Positions 44,420 through 53,159 of a stretch of DNA of 57,273 bases are shown here, one piece after another. The DNA lies in NCBI GenBank assembly GCA_947085915.1, contig CAMTYD010000031.1:1-57273 (forward strand), written 5' to 3'. Positions within the stretch are counted from its first letter, which is position 1. Each line of letters begins with the position of its first letter. Origin of the DNA: an uncultured Parcubacteria group bacterium. Lineage in GTDB: Bacteria > Patescibacteriota > Minisyncoccia > Phycocordibacterales > UBA2100. The position numbers were made by a program, and so were the translations under genes. Under the pieces are notes generated by a model. The model ran no database searches, was not told the origin of the DNA, and was given only the letters and a program-made list of their open reading frames with translations.

Positions 44420-44677
44420 TTACTTCATGTGCGCCGAGACGAGTTTCGTCATCTCGAACATGGTGACTTCACCCTTGCCGCCAAAGAGAGGCTTGAGTTT
44501 GTCGTCTGCGAGGATGTTGCGCTTGTTCGCCGGGTTTTGGAGGTCGTTCTTCTTGATGTATACCCAAATTTGCTTGACCACCTGTCCGCGTGACATAGGA
44601 CCTTTGCCTACGACCGCCTCGAGCTCAGGAGTAAGGTTGAGAGGCTTTAATAATGCTGGATTTGCTGTTCTAACCAT
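44420..44677 (-). CDS. SWIB/MDM2 domain protein
   Basis: LTPELEAVVGKGPMSRGQVVKQIWVYIKKNDLQNP...I..DDKLKPLFG is a close match to the SWIB pattern. Confidence 0.8.
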   Translation of the reverse strand: MVRTANPALLKPLNLTPELEAVVGKGPMSRGQVVKQIWVYIKKNDLQNPANKRNILADDKLKPLFGGKGEVTMFEMTKLVSAHMK

Positions 44678-44752
44678 AATGGCAATATTTATTTGCTTGT
44701 ATGAAGGGATTATAGCCCCTCGCTAGCCTTGCGCCAGCCCCTCAGTGGACAA

Positions 44753-44785
44753 CGCACAGACCCCGCCAAAGGCGGGGTCTGTGCG
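44753..44785 (-). terminator. Long hairpin (15-bp stem) downstream of the DUF378 gene
   Basis: CGCACAGACCCCGCC-AAA-GGCGGGGTCTGTGCG. Weak T-tail. Confidence 0.5.
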
Positions 44786-44804
44786 TGAGGTTCCGTAAAA
44801 ATGT

Positions 44805-45038
44805 TTACATCGCGCCACCCGAGCTGCAATTCTGGCAGTTTGTCTTGTGCGTAACGACTTCATAGACCGCAGAGAGGCCCACGAGTACGTACACGAGCCA
44901 CTCTACTTGTGGCCAGCTACCGAGAATCATGGCGACAACGTTCCAGTTGGCTCCCATGAATCCGCCGAGCCCAATCAAAAGCCAGTTGAGGCCTCCGACG
45001 ATGAGCAGTATCCAAGCAACTTTGTGCAAATTTTTCAT
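44805..45038 (-). CDS. DUF378 family membrane protein
   Basis: KVAWILLIVGGLNWLLIGL...VYVLVGLSAVY pattern. Confidence 0.8.
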   Translation of the reverse strand: MKNLHKVAWILLIVGGLNWLLIGLGGFMGANWNVVAMILGSWPQVEWLVYVLVGLSAVYEVVTHKTNCQNCSSGGAM

Positions 45039-45134
45039 ATATATAGAAGAGATTGGCTAATAAAATCGACCTCGACGAGTGACACCACATCAGTATGTAC
45101 CTATTCATGAAGGGTGCTACTTGGTTATCCACCT

Positions 45135-45192
45135 GATTTAGGCGGCGGCCTAAATCATGCCGAATGTAGCAACATTCGGCCGCCTCCAACGC
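45135..45192. repeat. 58-nt two-hairpin element, copy 1
   Basis: Hairpin 1 is (T)GATTTAGGC-GGCG-GCCTAAATC(A). Hairpin 2 is GCCGAATGT-AGCA-ACATTCGGC. Confidence 0.8.
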
Positions 45193-45360
45193 TTACTTCG
45201 AACTAACCTTCACCTTAAATTCACCGCTATTTGTAAAAATGAACAGAGATTTAACAGCATTAGGGATAAATAATAAACATGATGCGGTACGTTTCGCTCT
45301 TTAAAGTGCTCAGCAAGTAAGCCGGGGAGGTCATAGTGCAGAGCACGTGGCCTCCTCGGC

Positions 45361-45418
45361 GATTTAGGCGGAGGCCTAAATCGTGCCGAATGTAGCAACA
45401 TTCGGCCGTCTCCAACGC
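45361..45418. repeat. 58-nt two-hairpin element, copy 2
   Basis: Differs from copy 1 at 3 of 58 positions by my manual alignment. One difference, together with the flanking base, forms a compensatory pair (T-A to C-G). Confidence 0.8.
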
Positions 45419-45428
45419 CCACCGTAAT

Positions 45429-45881
45429 CTATTCGTTCGCCTCTCCCCTCTTCTTCGCCTCCGCCTCGTAAATTCGCTCACGCAATGCGGTCGTAGAAAA
45501 ATTATGACCACGTGAATTGAAATACATTTCTATCGGCAAGTCATGCCCGGTATACTCCTTGCCCTTCCAGTCCGCCCCGATGATTCGGACGTCCGGCTTG
45601 AGCGAGACCAGGAGGTTGTACAAATCCTTTTCGCTGCTATACACGACGACTTCATCTATATATCGGATACCCTCCAAGATGATGCGACGCTCTTCGAGCG
45701 ACATAATGGGCGTATTTTTCTTCTTTCCGCGATAATCGCTCTCAGTAAGCGAAGGATCGTCCTGCAAAGCGACGATTAAGTAGTCACACACCGTCTTGGC
45801 CTCTTTGAATACGAGCATGTGCCCCGCATGACAAAGGTCAAAAGCCCCTGCGGTAATGCCAACTTTCTTGCCGTCTTTCAT
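45429..45881 (-). CDS. Cytidylyltransferase-family nucleotidyltransferase (TagD / RfaE domain II-like)
   Basis: GITAGAFDLCHAGH motif. ~150 aa. Start set to the internal ATG. Confidence 0.8.
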   Translation of the reverse strand: MKDGKKVGITAGAFDLCHAGHMLVFKEAKTVCDYLIVALQDDPSLTESDYRGKKKNTPIMSLEERRIILEGIRYIDEVVVYSSEKDLYNLLVSLKPDVRIIGADWKGKEYTGHDLPIEMYFNSRGHNFSTTALRERIYEAEAKKRGEANE

Positions 45882-45928
45882 CGCAAGCAGAATAGCACAA
45901 AATATGCCGCGCGTGATACTATTCATCT

Positions 45929-46693
45929 ATGGAATTCCTCTACGTAGTCGGCCTTGTCGTCCTACTCTACATCCTCGTCTCGATACGCATTTTGCGCCAA
46001 TACGAGCGCGGGGTCATCTTCACTCTCGGCAAATTTACCGGTATCCGCGAGCCCGGCCTTCGTTTCGTCTTTGTCCCCATTCAGTCGATGGAACGCGTCT
46101 CTTTGCGCACTGTCACGATGCAGATAGCATCGCAGAAGATAATCACCAGAGACAACGTCTCGATAGACATTGCGGCAGTCGCCTACTACAAGGTCACCGA
46201 CCCCGAAAAATCCGTCATCGCTATCGAGAATGTCCAAAACGCCACCAATCAGATTTCGCAGACAACGGTCCGCAACATCGTCGGCCAATTCTCGCTGGAT
46301 GAGCTCCTCTCGCAGACGCCGAAGATAAATGAACAGATCAAGGTCATGATAGACGCCCACACCGAACCCTGGGGCGCGCAGGTCACCGCTGTCGAGATAA
46401 AAGACATCGCCTTGCCGGAAAACATGCAGCGTGCGATGGCCAAGGAGGCCGAAGCCGAGCGCGAGCGCCGCGCGAAAATTGTCGCAGCCGAAGGAGAATT
46501 CCAGGCAGCTCAACGCTTGGGAGAGGCCGCCGACGTGATGCAGGCACACCCTGTCGCCCTCCAGCTCCGTACGCTCCAGACCATGGCCGAAATCTCAGTG
46601 GAGAAAAATTCGACCATCATATTCCCCGCGCAATTCATGACGACCGTGCAGGAGGCACTCAAGATGGTGAAGGCTGATTCTTCGACGAAATAA
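45929..46693 (+). CDS. SPFH/band 7 (stomatin-like) protein
   Basis: N-terminal TM helix, YERGVIFTLGKF, and a C-terminal AEAEREA..I.AEGE pattern. Confidence 0.9.
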   Translation: MEFLYVVGLVVLLYILVSIRILRQYERGVIFTLGKFTGIREPGLRFVFVPIQSMERVSLRTVTMQIASQKIITRDNVSIDIAAVAYYKVTDPEKSVIAIENVQNATNQISQTTVRNIVGQFSLDELLSQTPKINEQIKVMIDAHTEPWGAQVTAVEIKDIALPENMQRAMAKEAEAERERRAKIVAAEGEFQAAQRLGEAADVMQAHPVALQLRTLQTMAEISVEKNSTIIFPAQFMTTVQEALKMVKADSSTK

Positions 46694-46701
46694 AACGAAA
46701 G

Positions 46702-46733
46702 CACCTGCAGGAAGCGCAGGGCTTCCGCAGGTG
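46702..46733. terminator. Hairpin between convergent genes
   Basis: CACCTGC(A)GGAAGC...GCTTCCGCAGGTG, 13 bp with one bulge. Confidence 0.55.
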
Positions 46734-46743
46734 TTGAAGGTAT

Positions 46744-47148
46744 TCAGGCAGTCTCGGTAGCTTCGGCCGCCTCAATTTTCCGATAGAGCGTAGAACGTCC
46801 TATCTTGAGCCGCCGTGCCACCTCGGACATGTGTCCACGGTAGTACATGCGTGCGAAACGGATCGCCTCTCCCTCAATGTCTTCGAGGGGACGCACTTCC
46901 CCATCCTTCAGCAGTGCGAGCTGCGAAAGCGCGCTTAGGAACGCTCCATTTCTGTGGGTTTCATCGGAGATCGCATGCTGCATCGGCATGATGTCCTCGA
47001 GAAGCCCGAGAAACTCTTCGGCGGGAACCCCGAGCTCGTCCGCCAGTCCCTGCAACTCGAGCAAATACCACGTGATGCCGAGCCGCTTCATCCGGCGGCT
47101 TTCCAACAGCGTCAACAATCTTAAGCGTCGTTTATCATCTTCGTCCAT
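46744..47148 (-). CDS. Small protein with a C-terminal Fis-type helix-turn-helix
   Basis: HMSEVARRLKIGRSTLYRKIE at the C-terminus. Confidence 0.6.
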   Translation of the reverse strand: MDEDDKRRLRLLTLLESRRMKRLGITWYLLELQGLADELGVPAEEFLGLLEDIMPMQHAISDETHRNGAFLSALSQLALLKDGEVRPLEDIEGEAIRFARMYYRGHMSEVARRLKIGRSTLYRKIEAAEATETA

Positions 47149-47403
47149 GATGGTCTCCTTTGGGACAATGCTATCCGCCTCGCCTCATCGGCGAACTAAT
47201 TACTGCGGAGACTATGCGACACATCTTCGATGTTTGCAACATCTGTACCTCTTTCGTGAAAAAATGATTTCTATATATTTTACAACACGAAAAGGATGTA
47301 ATGGAAGGTACGTCCGCGCGTCTTCATTAAGAGCATCAGAGGTTCTTCATGTCGTTTGATGTGTAATAGAACCTGTGCGTTAGTAGAGATAAATAATATC
47401 AAT

Positions 47404-48075
47404 ATGAAAATACTCTTAGTGGAAGATGAACAAAAATTGGCCGACGCCCTCGCAAAAGGGCTAAATCATGAAGGCTACGCCACAGACATTATCAATGACG
47501 GAAAAAAGGCTTTGACGCGTATCTCTCTCCACCGCAACGACTACGACGTCATGATTCTGGACCTCATGCTTCCTTCGATGGATGGTCTTGAGATTTGTCG
47601 CCAAGTGCGCGAAATGAATATTACGGTGCCCATACTCATTCTTACCGCCCGTGCGGAGACTGATACAAAGGTGCAGCTCCTCCTTGCCGGTGCCGATGAT
47701 TACCTCGTAAAACCCTTCTCATTCGCTGAACTGACTGCGCGCATCCAAGCGCTTTTGCGCCGTCCGACGGAAAGCTTGCCGGACGTCCTCAAAATCCGCG
47801 ATATCGAACTCAATCCGAGCCAGCGCAAAGTCACGCGCGAAGGCAAAGAAGTGCCGCTCACGTTGAAAGAATACGGCCTGCTAGAATACTTCATGCGCCA
47901 CCCGAATCAGGTCGTAAATCGGGAAGACCTCCTTAATCACTTATGGGATTTCAATTATGTCGGATTTAGTAATGTGGTTGACGTCCACGTCAAAAATCTT
48001 CGCCGGAAACTCGCGAGCGACGGCGGCGACGTACTGGAAACGGTCCGGGGAGTTGGTTACCGGCTGGCTGAATAG
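47404..48075 (+). CDS. OmpR-family response regulator
   Basis: MKILLVEDEQKLAD, DLMLPSMDG, and a winged-helix C-terminus (VRGVGYRL). Confidence 0.9.
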   Translation: MKILLVEDEQKLADALAKGLNHEGYATDIINDGKKALTRISLHRNDYDVMILDLMLPSMDGLEICRQVREMNITVPILILTARAETDTKVQLLLAGADDYLVKPFSFAELTARIQALLRRPTESLPDVLKIRDIELNPSQRKVTREGKEVPLTLKEYGLLEYFMRHPNQVVNREDLLNHLWDFNYVGFSNVVDVHVKNLRRKLASDGGDVLETVRGVGYRLAE

Positions 48076-49144
48076 GTATCGGATTGACCCCTTTTTCCGC
48101 ACGGAAGTAAACGTCATATCGCTCCAGGTGGCATTCGCACTGGTAATCCTTGCTATCGTGGCCGGAGCCTTCAGCGTGCTCTACCACAACATTTCGCTGG
48201 CAATCGTGGAGGGTATGCAAGCGGGTATTGCATCCAATACGTCCGGCGCGATTGCTCCTTCTATCGTTGAAGAACTCCAGCAGCTCAAGACAGAAAATCT
48301 CGGCATCATCGTCATTTCCACCGTGCTCACCACGGCACTTTTCGGCTACATCATCGCCCGCATCACACTCGCGCCCACCAGAAATGCTCTGGCCGCGCAA
48401 AAGCAATTCATAGGCAACATCGCACATGAATTACGTACTCCCCTGTCAGTTTTGAAGACGAATACCGAGGTCTCCCTCTTGGAGAACAACATGGCTCCCG
48501 ACGTAAAGGCCACCCTTGAGAGCAACGTGGAAGAGCTCGACCGTATCTCTGAGATAATCAACAACCTCCTTTCGCTCTCAGCCCTCGTCCGCCCTGAACG
48601 CGTAGAATTCAATTCCATCGACCTTTCGACAGTCGTCTCCGATGTCGTGGAGAAATTCAGCGCGCTCGCCAAGCGCGGCGAACATCAAGTAACCGTCCGT
48701 AAAGGCCCCGACACTGCCGTGTGGGGTAATCCGACGGCCCTCACCCAGATAGTGAGCAATCTCCTGAAAAATGCCATTACCTACACCCCCCGGGGCGGTC
48801 ACATCCGCGTCAGCGTCGAGCCGTCCCCGAATAATCATGTCGAGCTCATCGTCCAAGATTCTGGCGTCGGTATCGCACGCAAAGACCTCTATCGCATTTT
48901 TGAGCCTTTTTATCGTGGAGACCCGTCGCGCAACCGCAGGGCAGGCGGCTCGGGTCTCGGACTCGCGATTGTCTCCGAACTCATAAAAATGCACCACGGT
49001 AAAGTGACCATCCGGAGCTCCGTAGGGCGTGGCACGACCGTGGCAGTACTTCTACCCGGCGTCGCCGGGCGCGGTAAAGTCGGCGACGAAGCCAAATCAA
49101 CGAGTGTCCCCAATGAAATATCAGTGGATTTCTCAAGCCGCTAA
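47957..49144 (+). CDS. Membrane sensor histidine kinase (HisKA plus HATPase_c)
   Basis: H-box FIGNIAHELRTPL, N-box LLKNAITYTP, and G-boxes DSGVGI and GGSGLGLAI. The true start is uncertain. The annotated ATG overlaps the regulator gene by 119 nt, and an alternative start may lie near 48053-48068. Confidence 0.8.
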   Translation: MSDLVMWLTSTSKIFAGNSRATAATYWKRSGELVTGWLNRYRIDPFFRTEVNVISLQVAFALVILAIVAGAFSVLYHNISLAIVEGMQAGIASNTSGAIAPSIVEELQQLKTENLGIIVISTVLTTALFGYIIARITLAPTRNALAAQKQFIGNIAHELRTPLSVLKTNTEVSLLENNMAPDVKATLESNVEELDRISEIINNLLSLSALVRPERVEFNSIDLSTVVSDVVEKFSALAKRGEHQVTVRKGPDTAVWGNPTALTQIVSNLLKNAITYTPRGGHIRVSVEPSPNNHVELIVQDSGVGIARKDLYRIFEPFYRGDPSRNRRAGGSGLGLAIVSELIKMHHGKVTIRSSVGRGTTVAVLLPGVAGRGKVGDEAKSTSVPNEISVDFSSR

Positions 49145-49173
49145 AAAGAACTGCATATGCTAGAATACGCGAC

Positions 49174-49758
49174 ATGAAAACAGCACTCCTTGCCTCATAT
49201 GAAAAAGACGAGGCTTTGCAAAGGCTTGGTAAGCTTTTGATACATAACGGCTGGACGCTCCTTGGCTCTGCCGGCACCGCGAAGTATCTTATGGACAATT
49301 CCATCCCCTGCCGTGATGTGGCAGGCATCGTCGGACCACCCATACTAGGCCATCGTGTCGTCACGCTCGCACGAGAGGTCTACGCAGGCCTTTTGTCGTC
49401 TACACCGGAAGATGCCGAAGAGTTGCGGAAATTGGGCATCGCTCCCATTGACCTCGTCTACGTGACGCTCTATCCCCTTGAACAAACGATTGCCGATGAG
49501 AGCTCTACGAAAGAGGACGTCATCGAGAAGACAGACATCGGGGGTCCGACCCTTCTGCGCGCTGCGGCCAAAGGCCGTCGGCTCGCCCTCTCCAGTCCTG
49601 AGCAGATTGATATGCTCGAAGCGTGGATTAAGAATGGTGCGCCGGAAAGCGAGCGTGAAGCTTTTGTCACACATCTCGCGGCGGCAGCCGAACGACGAGT
49701 AGCAGAATACGTCGCCGCTTCTGCTTCGTACTGGGAAAAAAGTAATCCACAGGCATAG
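49174..49758 (+). CDS. Stand-alone MGS-like / IMP cyclohydrolase-like domain (PurH N-terminal domain homolog)
   Basis: LLGSAGTAKYL, PIDLVYVTLYPL and TDIGGPTLLRAAAKG match the PurH N-domain. No AICAR transformylase domain is attached. Confidence 0.7.
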   Translation: MKTALLASYEKDEALQRLGKLLIHNGWTLLGSAGTAKYLMDNSIPCRDVAGIVGPPILGHRVVTLAREVYAGLLSSTPEDAEELRKLGIAPIDLVYVTLYPLEQTIADESSTKEDVIEKTDIGGPTLLRAAAKGRRLALSSPEQIDMLEAWIKNGAPESEREAFVTHLAAAAERRVAEYVAASASYWEKSNPQA

Positions 49759-49817
49759 AGGCTGGACAGTGTGTCGACAATCTGTAGAATGACACTTTAC
49801 TTATTAAAGGAAATATT

Positions 49818-50354
49818 ATGGAAACAAATCTCTACACCAGTACAGTACCACCGATGATGAAAGCGCTCACCGCACTTTCGAGTATTCTCGAAAAAGTGGA
49901 TACTCACGCCAAGGGGAAGCAGCTTGGATGGCATCCGGCAGGTTTGCAGGAAGACGCGCTCTTACAGAGCCGTCTTATATCAGACCAATTCCCCTTCGTC
50001 CGCCAGGTTCAAGTGGCATGCGACAACGCCAAAAATGGTGTCGCACAACTCGCCGAAGTGGAAGCCCCGAAATTCGAAGATGCTGAAAAGACAATCGCCG
50101 AATTGAAAGCTCGTATTGAAAAGACGCTCGCTTTTTTAAAGACGCTAAAGCCCGAACAAGTTATTGGCAAAGAGGGTGTGAAAGTCACGCTCTCTCACTG
50201 GGGCGGGAAATCCATGTCTGGTATTGATTACACCAACAATTACCTCATACCCAATTTCTACTTCCACCTCACGACCGCCTACTCCATCCTGCGCAAGAAT
50301 GGTGTAGACCTGGGCAAAAGTGACTTCATGGGTAACCTGCCTCTCAAAGACTGA
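49818..50354 (+). CDS. DUF1993 family protein
   Basis: Four-helix-bundle-like pattern (Y...VP.M.K.L..L..IL.K...) typical of DUF1993. Confidence 0.65.
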   Translation: METNLYTSTVPPMMKALTALSSILEKVDTHAKGKQLGWHPAGLQEDALLQSRLISDQFPFVRQVQVACDNAKNGVAQLAEVEAPKFEDAEKTIAELKARIEKTLAFLKTLKPEQVIGKEGVKVTLSHWGGKSMSGIDYTNNYLIPNFYFHLTTAYSILRKNGVDLGKSDFMGNLPLKD

Positions 50355-50355
50355 A

Positions 50356-51084
50356 ATGCAAAAGCACTTTTTCTTCGACCTCGATAATACGCTGACGCCA
50401 AGCAAGTCGCTTATTGAAGCGGCGCATGTGCCGATACTCAAGCAGCTTGCCGAACGCGCCGACGTGATCGTTGTCTCCGGACACGGCGAGGCGGATATCC
50501 GTAGTCACCTGACAGAAGCGCTGCACGGTCACTTCTACACCCTCGGGCAAAATGGGAACCGTGCGGTCACCAAGGAAGGTGAAATATTATGGAATAACTC
50601 TCTCAAGAAGGGTGAGCGTGATGCAATACTTGCCTTTATCGAGAAAGCGAGGGCGCTCCTCAATTACAAGGTCCGCGATGAGAATGACATTATCGAAGAC
50701 CGCGATTCCCAAATTGCATTCTCACTCATCGGACATCACGAAGACAAAGCAAAGAAGGACGCCTTTGACCCCGGGCACGAGATTCGCTTCAAGCTCCTGA
50801 CGGACCTTGCCGCGGACGTCGAGATTCTTAAAGCGGCGAATGTGGAAGTGCGGATTGGCGGCACCACAAACCTTGATTTCTTTGAGTACGGAAAAAATAA
50901 AGGCTACAACGTCAATCTCTTCATAGAAAAAATGGGTTGGGAAAAGTCAGACTGCATTTATATCGGAGACGCTCTTTTCCCCGGAGGAAATGATGAGACG
51001 GTGGTCGGGGTTATCGATACGCACGCGGTCAAAGATTACAACGAGACCTATTCATATCTCTCAGGAATTCTGTTAAACTCGTAA
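50356..51084 (+). CDS. HAD-IIB hydrolase, phosphomannomutase-like
   Basis: FFFDLDNTLT motif I and GDALFPGGNDE motif IV. Start at the internal ATG. Confidence 0.75.
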   Translation: MQKHFFFDLDNTLTPSKSLIEAAHVPILKQLAERADVIVVSGHGEADIRSHLTEALHGHFYTLGQNGNRAVTKEGEILWNNSLKKGERDAILAFIEKARALLNYKVRDENDIIEDRDSQIAFSLIGHHEDKAKKDAFDPGHEIRFKLLTDLAADVEILKAANVEVRIGGTTNLDFFEYGKNKGYNVNLFIEKMGWEKSDCIYIGDALFPGGNDETVVGVIDTHAVKDYNETYSYLSGILLNS

Positions 51085-51089
51085 TCTCT

Positions 51090-51854
51090 ATGTCGGTACC
51101 CGCACTCAAAATAACAGACCTCAAGAAAACCTACGCTACCGGGACGGTGGCACTTAAAGGAGTATCGCTTGAAATACCGCAGGGTGATTTTTTTGCTCTC
51201 CTCGGGCCGAATGGTGCAGGAAAAACAACCATCATTGGCGCTACCACGGGTCTTGTAAATAAGACGTCCGGAACTATTGAGGTATTCGGGAAGAATACCG
51301 ATACCGAGACCGAACTCGCAAAAATGCATATCGGCCTCGTTGGTCAGGAAGTTAATTTCAATCCTTTCGAAAAGCCAATCAACATTGTGGTAAACCAGGC
51401 CGGGTACTACGGTATCCCCCGCTCAATCGCCATCCCCCGTGCCGAAAAGCTCCTCACGGATCTTGGGCTTGCAGAAAAAATGAATCAGAACGCGATGACA
51501 CTCTCGGGCGGTATGAAGCGCAGGCTCATGATCGCGCGTGCGCTCGTCAACGAGCCAAAATTCCTCATCCTCGACGAGCCCACCGCAGGCGTGGATGTTG
51601 AATTGCGCCGCGGCATGTGGGATTACCTCACGAGATTAAGCAAAGCCGGCCTCACGATACTTCTCACCACTCATTACCTCGAAGAAGCCGAGCAACTCGC
51701 CAAACACGTCGCGATCATCAACAAAGGAGAGATTGTCGAACAGGGTTCGATGAAAGATCTACTTGAGAAGCACGGGAGCGATGAGGCGAAAAAAGAAGGT
51801 TACCGAGGCGGCCGATTAGAGGAGGTATTCCTTAAATTAACTTCAGAAAAATAA
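51090..51854 (+). CDS. ABC transporter ATP-binding protein (ABC-2 exporter type)
   Basis: GPNGAGKTT, LSGGMKRR and ILDEPT motifs. Confidence 0.9.
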   Translation: MSVPALKITDLKKTYATGTVALKGVSLEIPQGDFFALLGPNGAGKTTIIGATTGLVNKTSGTIEVFGKNTDTETELAKMHIGLVGQEVNFNPFEKPINIVVNQAGYYGIPRSIAIPRAEKLLTDLGLAEKMNQNAMTLSGGMKRRLMIARALVNEPKFLILDEPTAGVDVELRRGMWDYLTRLSKAGLTILLTTHYLEEAEQLAKHVAIINKGEIVEQGSMKDLLEKHGSDEAKKEGYRGGRLEEVFLKLTSEK

Positions 51855-51886
51855 TATGGATATATTATCAACACAGCGAAGTGAGC

Positions 51887-51978
51887 GCAGCGGTCTTTCG
51901 GGGGCTTCGCAGGCGCGACGGCGCCGAGACCGAGCGCTGCGCGAGTACGCGCAGATAGCGACCCCGAAAGACTGCTGC
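51887..51978 (+). repeat. GC-rich composite hairpin element inserted between the ABC ATPase and permease genes
   Basis: 17-bp outer stem GCAGCGGTCTTTCGGGG / CCCCGAAAGACTGCTGC with one G.T pair. Inner hairpins GGCGC/GCGCC and CTGCGCG/CGCGCAG. Confidence 0.6.
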
Positions 51979-51990
51979 CGAACGTAACCT

Positions 51991-52773
51991 ATGAATACCT
52001 ACCAACTCTGGATTAGCTTTTACACGATGCTCCGTAAGGACATCGTCCGCATGTTCCGTATCTGGGTACAGACATTCCTCCCGAGCGTTATCACGTCGTC
52101 CCTCTATTTCCTCATCTTTGGTGCGGTGCTTGGTTCTCAGATAGGCACGATGCAGGGCGTGGATTACATGAGCTTCGTCGTCCCCGGTCTCGTCATGCTC
52201 GCTATCGTTACCAACGCCTACTCAAATACCTCATTCAACTTCTTCCAATCAAAATTCTTCTTCCGCGCTGTTGATGAGATACTTGTCTCCCCGACGCCGC
52301 CGTGGCTACTTATCCTTGGATACATTTCAGGCGGTGTCGTGCGCGGCATCCTCGTCGGGATTATCGTTCTTCTTGTCTCGGCCTTCTTCACCGGACTTCA
52401 TCTTGCGATTTACAACCTTCTCATTATCTTTGTATTCGCTCTTCTTACCTCGCTGGTATTCTCACTCGCAGGGCTCGTAAATGGCGTCTATGCAAAATCA
52501 ATCGATGGCATCAACCTCGTCCCGACCTTCGTACTCACCCCGCTCGTCTATCTCGGCGGCGTCTTCTACTCCGTCCACGCGCTTCCCGCATGGGCGCAGA
52601 GCTTCACCTACGTGAATCCTATCTTCTACCTCATCAACGGATTCCGCTACGGCTTTCTCGGCATTGCCGATATCCCAGTATGGATATCATTTGCGGTACT
52701 CGGAGGCATGATAGTGACCCTCGTAGGTATCAACTGGTACCTCATCCGCACAGGGATGGGTCTGAAACAGTAA
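51991..52773 (+). CDS. ABC-2 type transporter permease
   Basis: Six predicted TM helices. Directly downstream of the ATPase gene. Confidence 0.85.
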   Translation: MNTYQLWISFYTMLRKDIVRMFRIWVQTFLPSVITSSLYFLIFGAVLGSQIGTMQGVDYMSFVVPGLVMLAIVTNAYSNTSFNFFQSKFFFRAVDEILVSPTPPWLLILGYISGGVVRGILVGIIVLLVSAFFTGLHLAIYNLLIIFVFALLTSLVFSLAGLVNGVYAKSIDGINLVPTFVLTPLVYLGGVFYSVHALPAWAQSFTYVNPIFYLINGFRYGFLGIADIPVWISFAVLGGMIVTLVGINWYLIRTGMGLKQ

Positions 52774-52778
52774 TTGCT

Positions 52779-53159
52779 ATGCCAAAAAGAGGAGAAGGTC
52801 CGAAGGGTCCCACATGGAAAGGTTCAAAATCGCCGGAAGAAGTTGCCCGTCTAAATGAAAAAGGGGCCGAGGAGCTTGGTCTACCAAAAAGAGGCGAAGC
52901 AAATCGTGATGCATTACTCTCAGGGATTGATAAGGAATTGATCGCAATTACACGCGGAAAAGCCGAAGCCATTCTCGCTGCCTCGACAGATATGGACCGA
53001 GATGAAGCCGACACTATTTTCGATACATATATAAAAAATAATCATCCGACAACCATGATCTCCGTTATTCACGGGGCGACCGAGGAGGTCCGTAAAGTGA
53101 ATCCTGTTGGTTATGCGGCGATGGCTACGGCGTTCCTCGCCTTAACGGAAGACTACTAG
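52779..53159 (+). CDS. Hypothetical soluble protein (126 aa)
   Basis: Only the 3' third of ORF 52302-53159 lies outside the permease gene. The ATG at 52779 gives a hydrophilic product. Confidence 0.5.
   Translation: MPKRGEGPKGPTWKGSKSPEEVARLNEKGAEELGLPKRGEANRDALLSGIDKELIAITRGKAEAILAASTDMDRDEADTIFDTYIKNNHPTTMISVIHGATEEVRKVNPVGYAAMATAFLALTEDY

Noticed and set aside
45135-45418. The direct repeats could suggest a CRISPR array.
   Set aside because: There are only two copies, the repeat is 58 nt long with internal double hairpins, the spacer is ~170 nt, and no cas genes are present.
52302-52778. The 5' two-thirds of the 285-aa ORF 52302-53159.
   Set aside because: It lies out of frame inside the well-supported ABC-2 permease gene and is Arg/Ser/Pro-rich. 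Only the part after ATG 52779 is retained as a possible gene.
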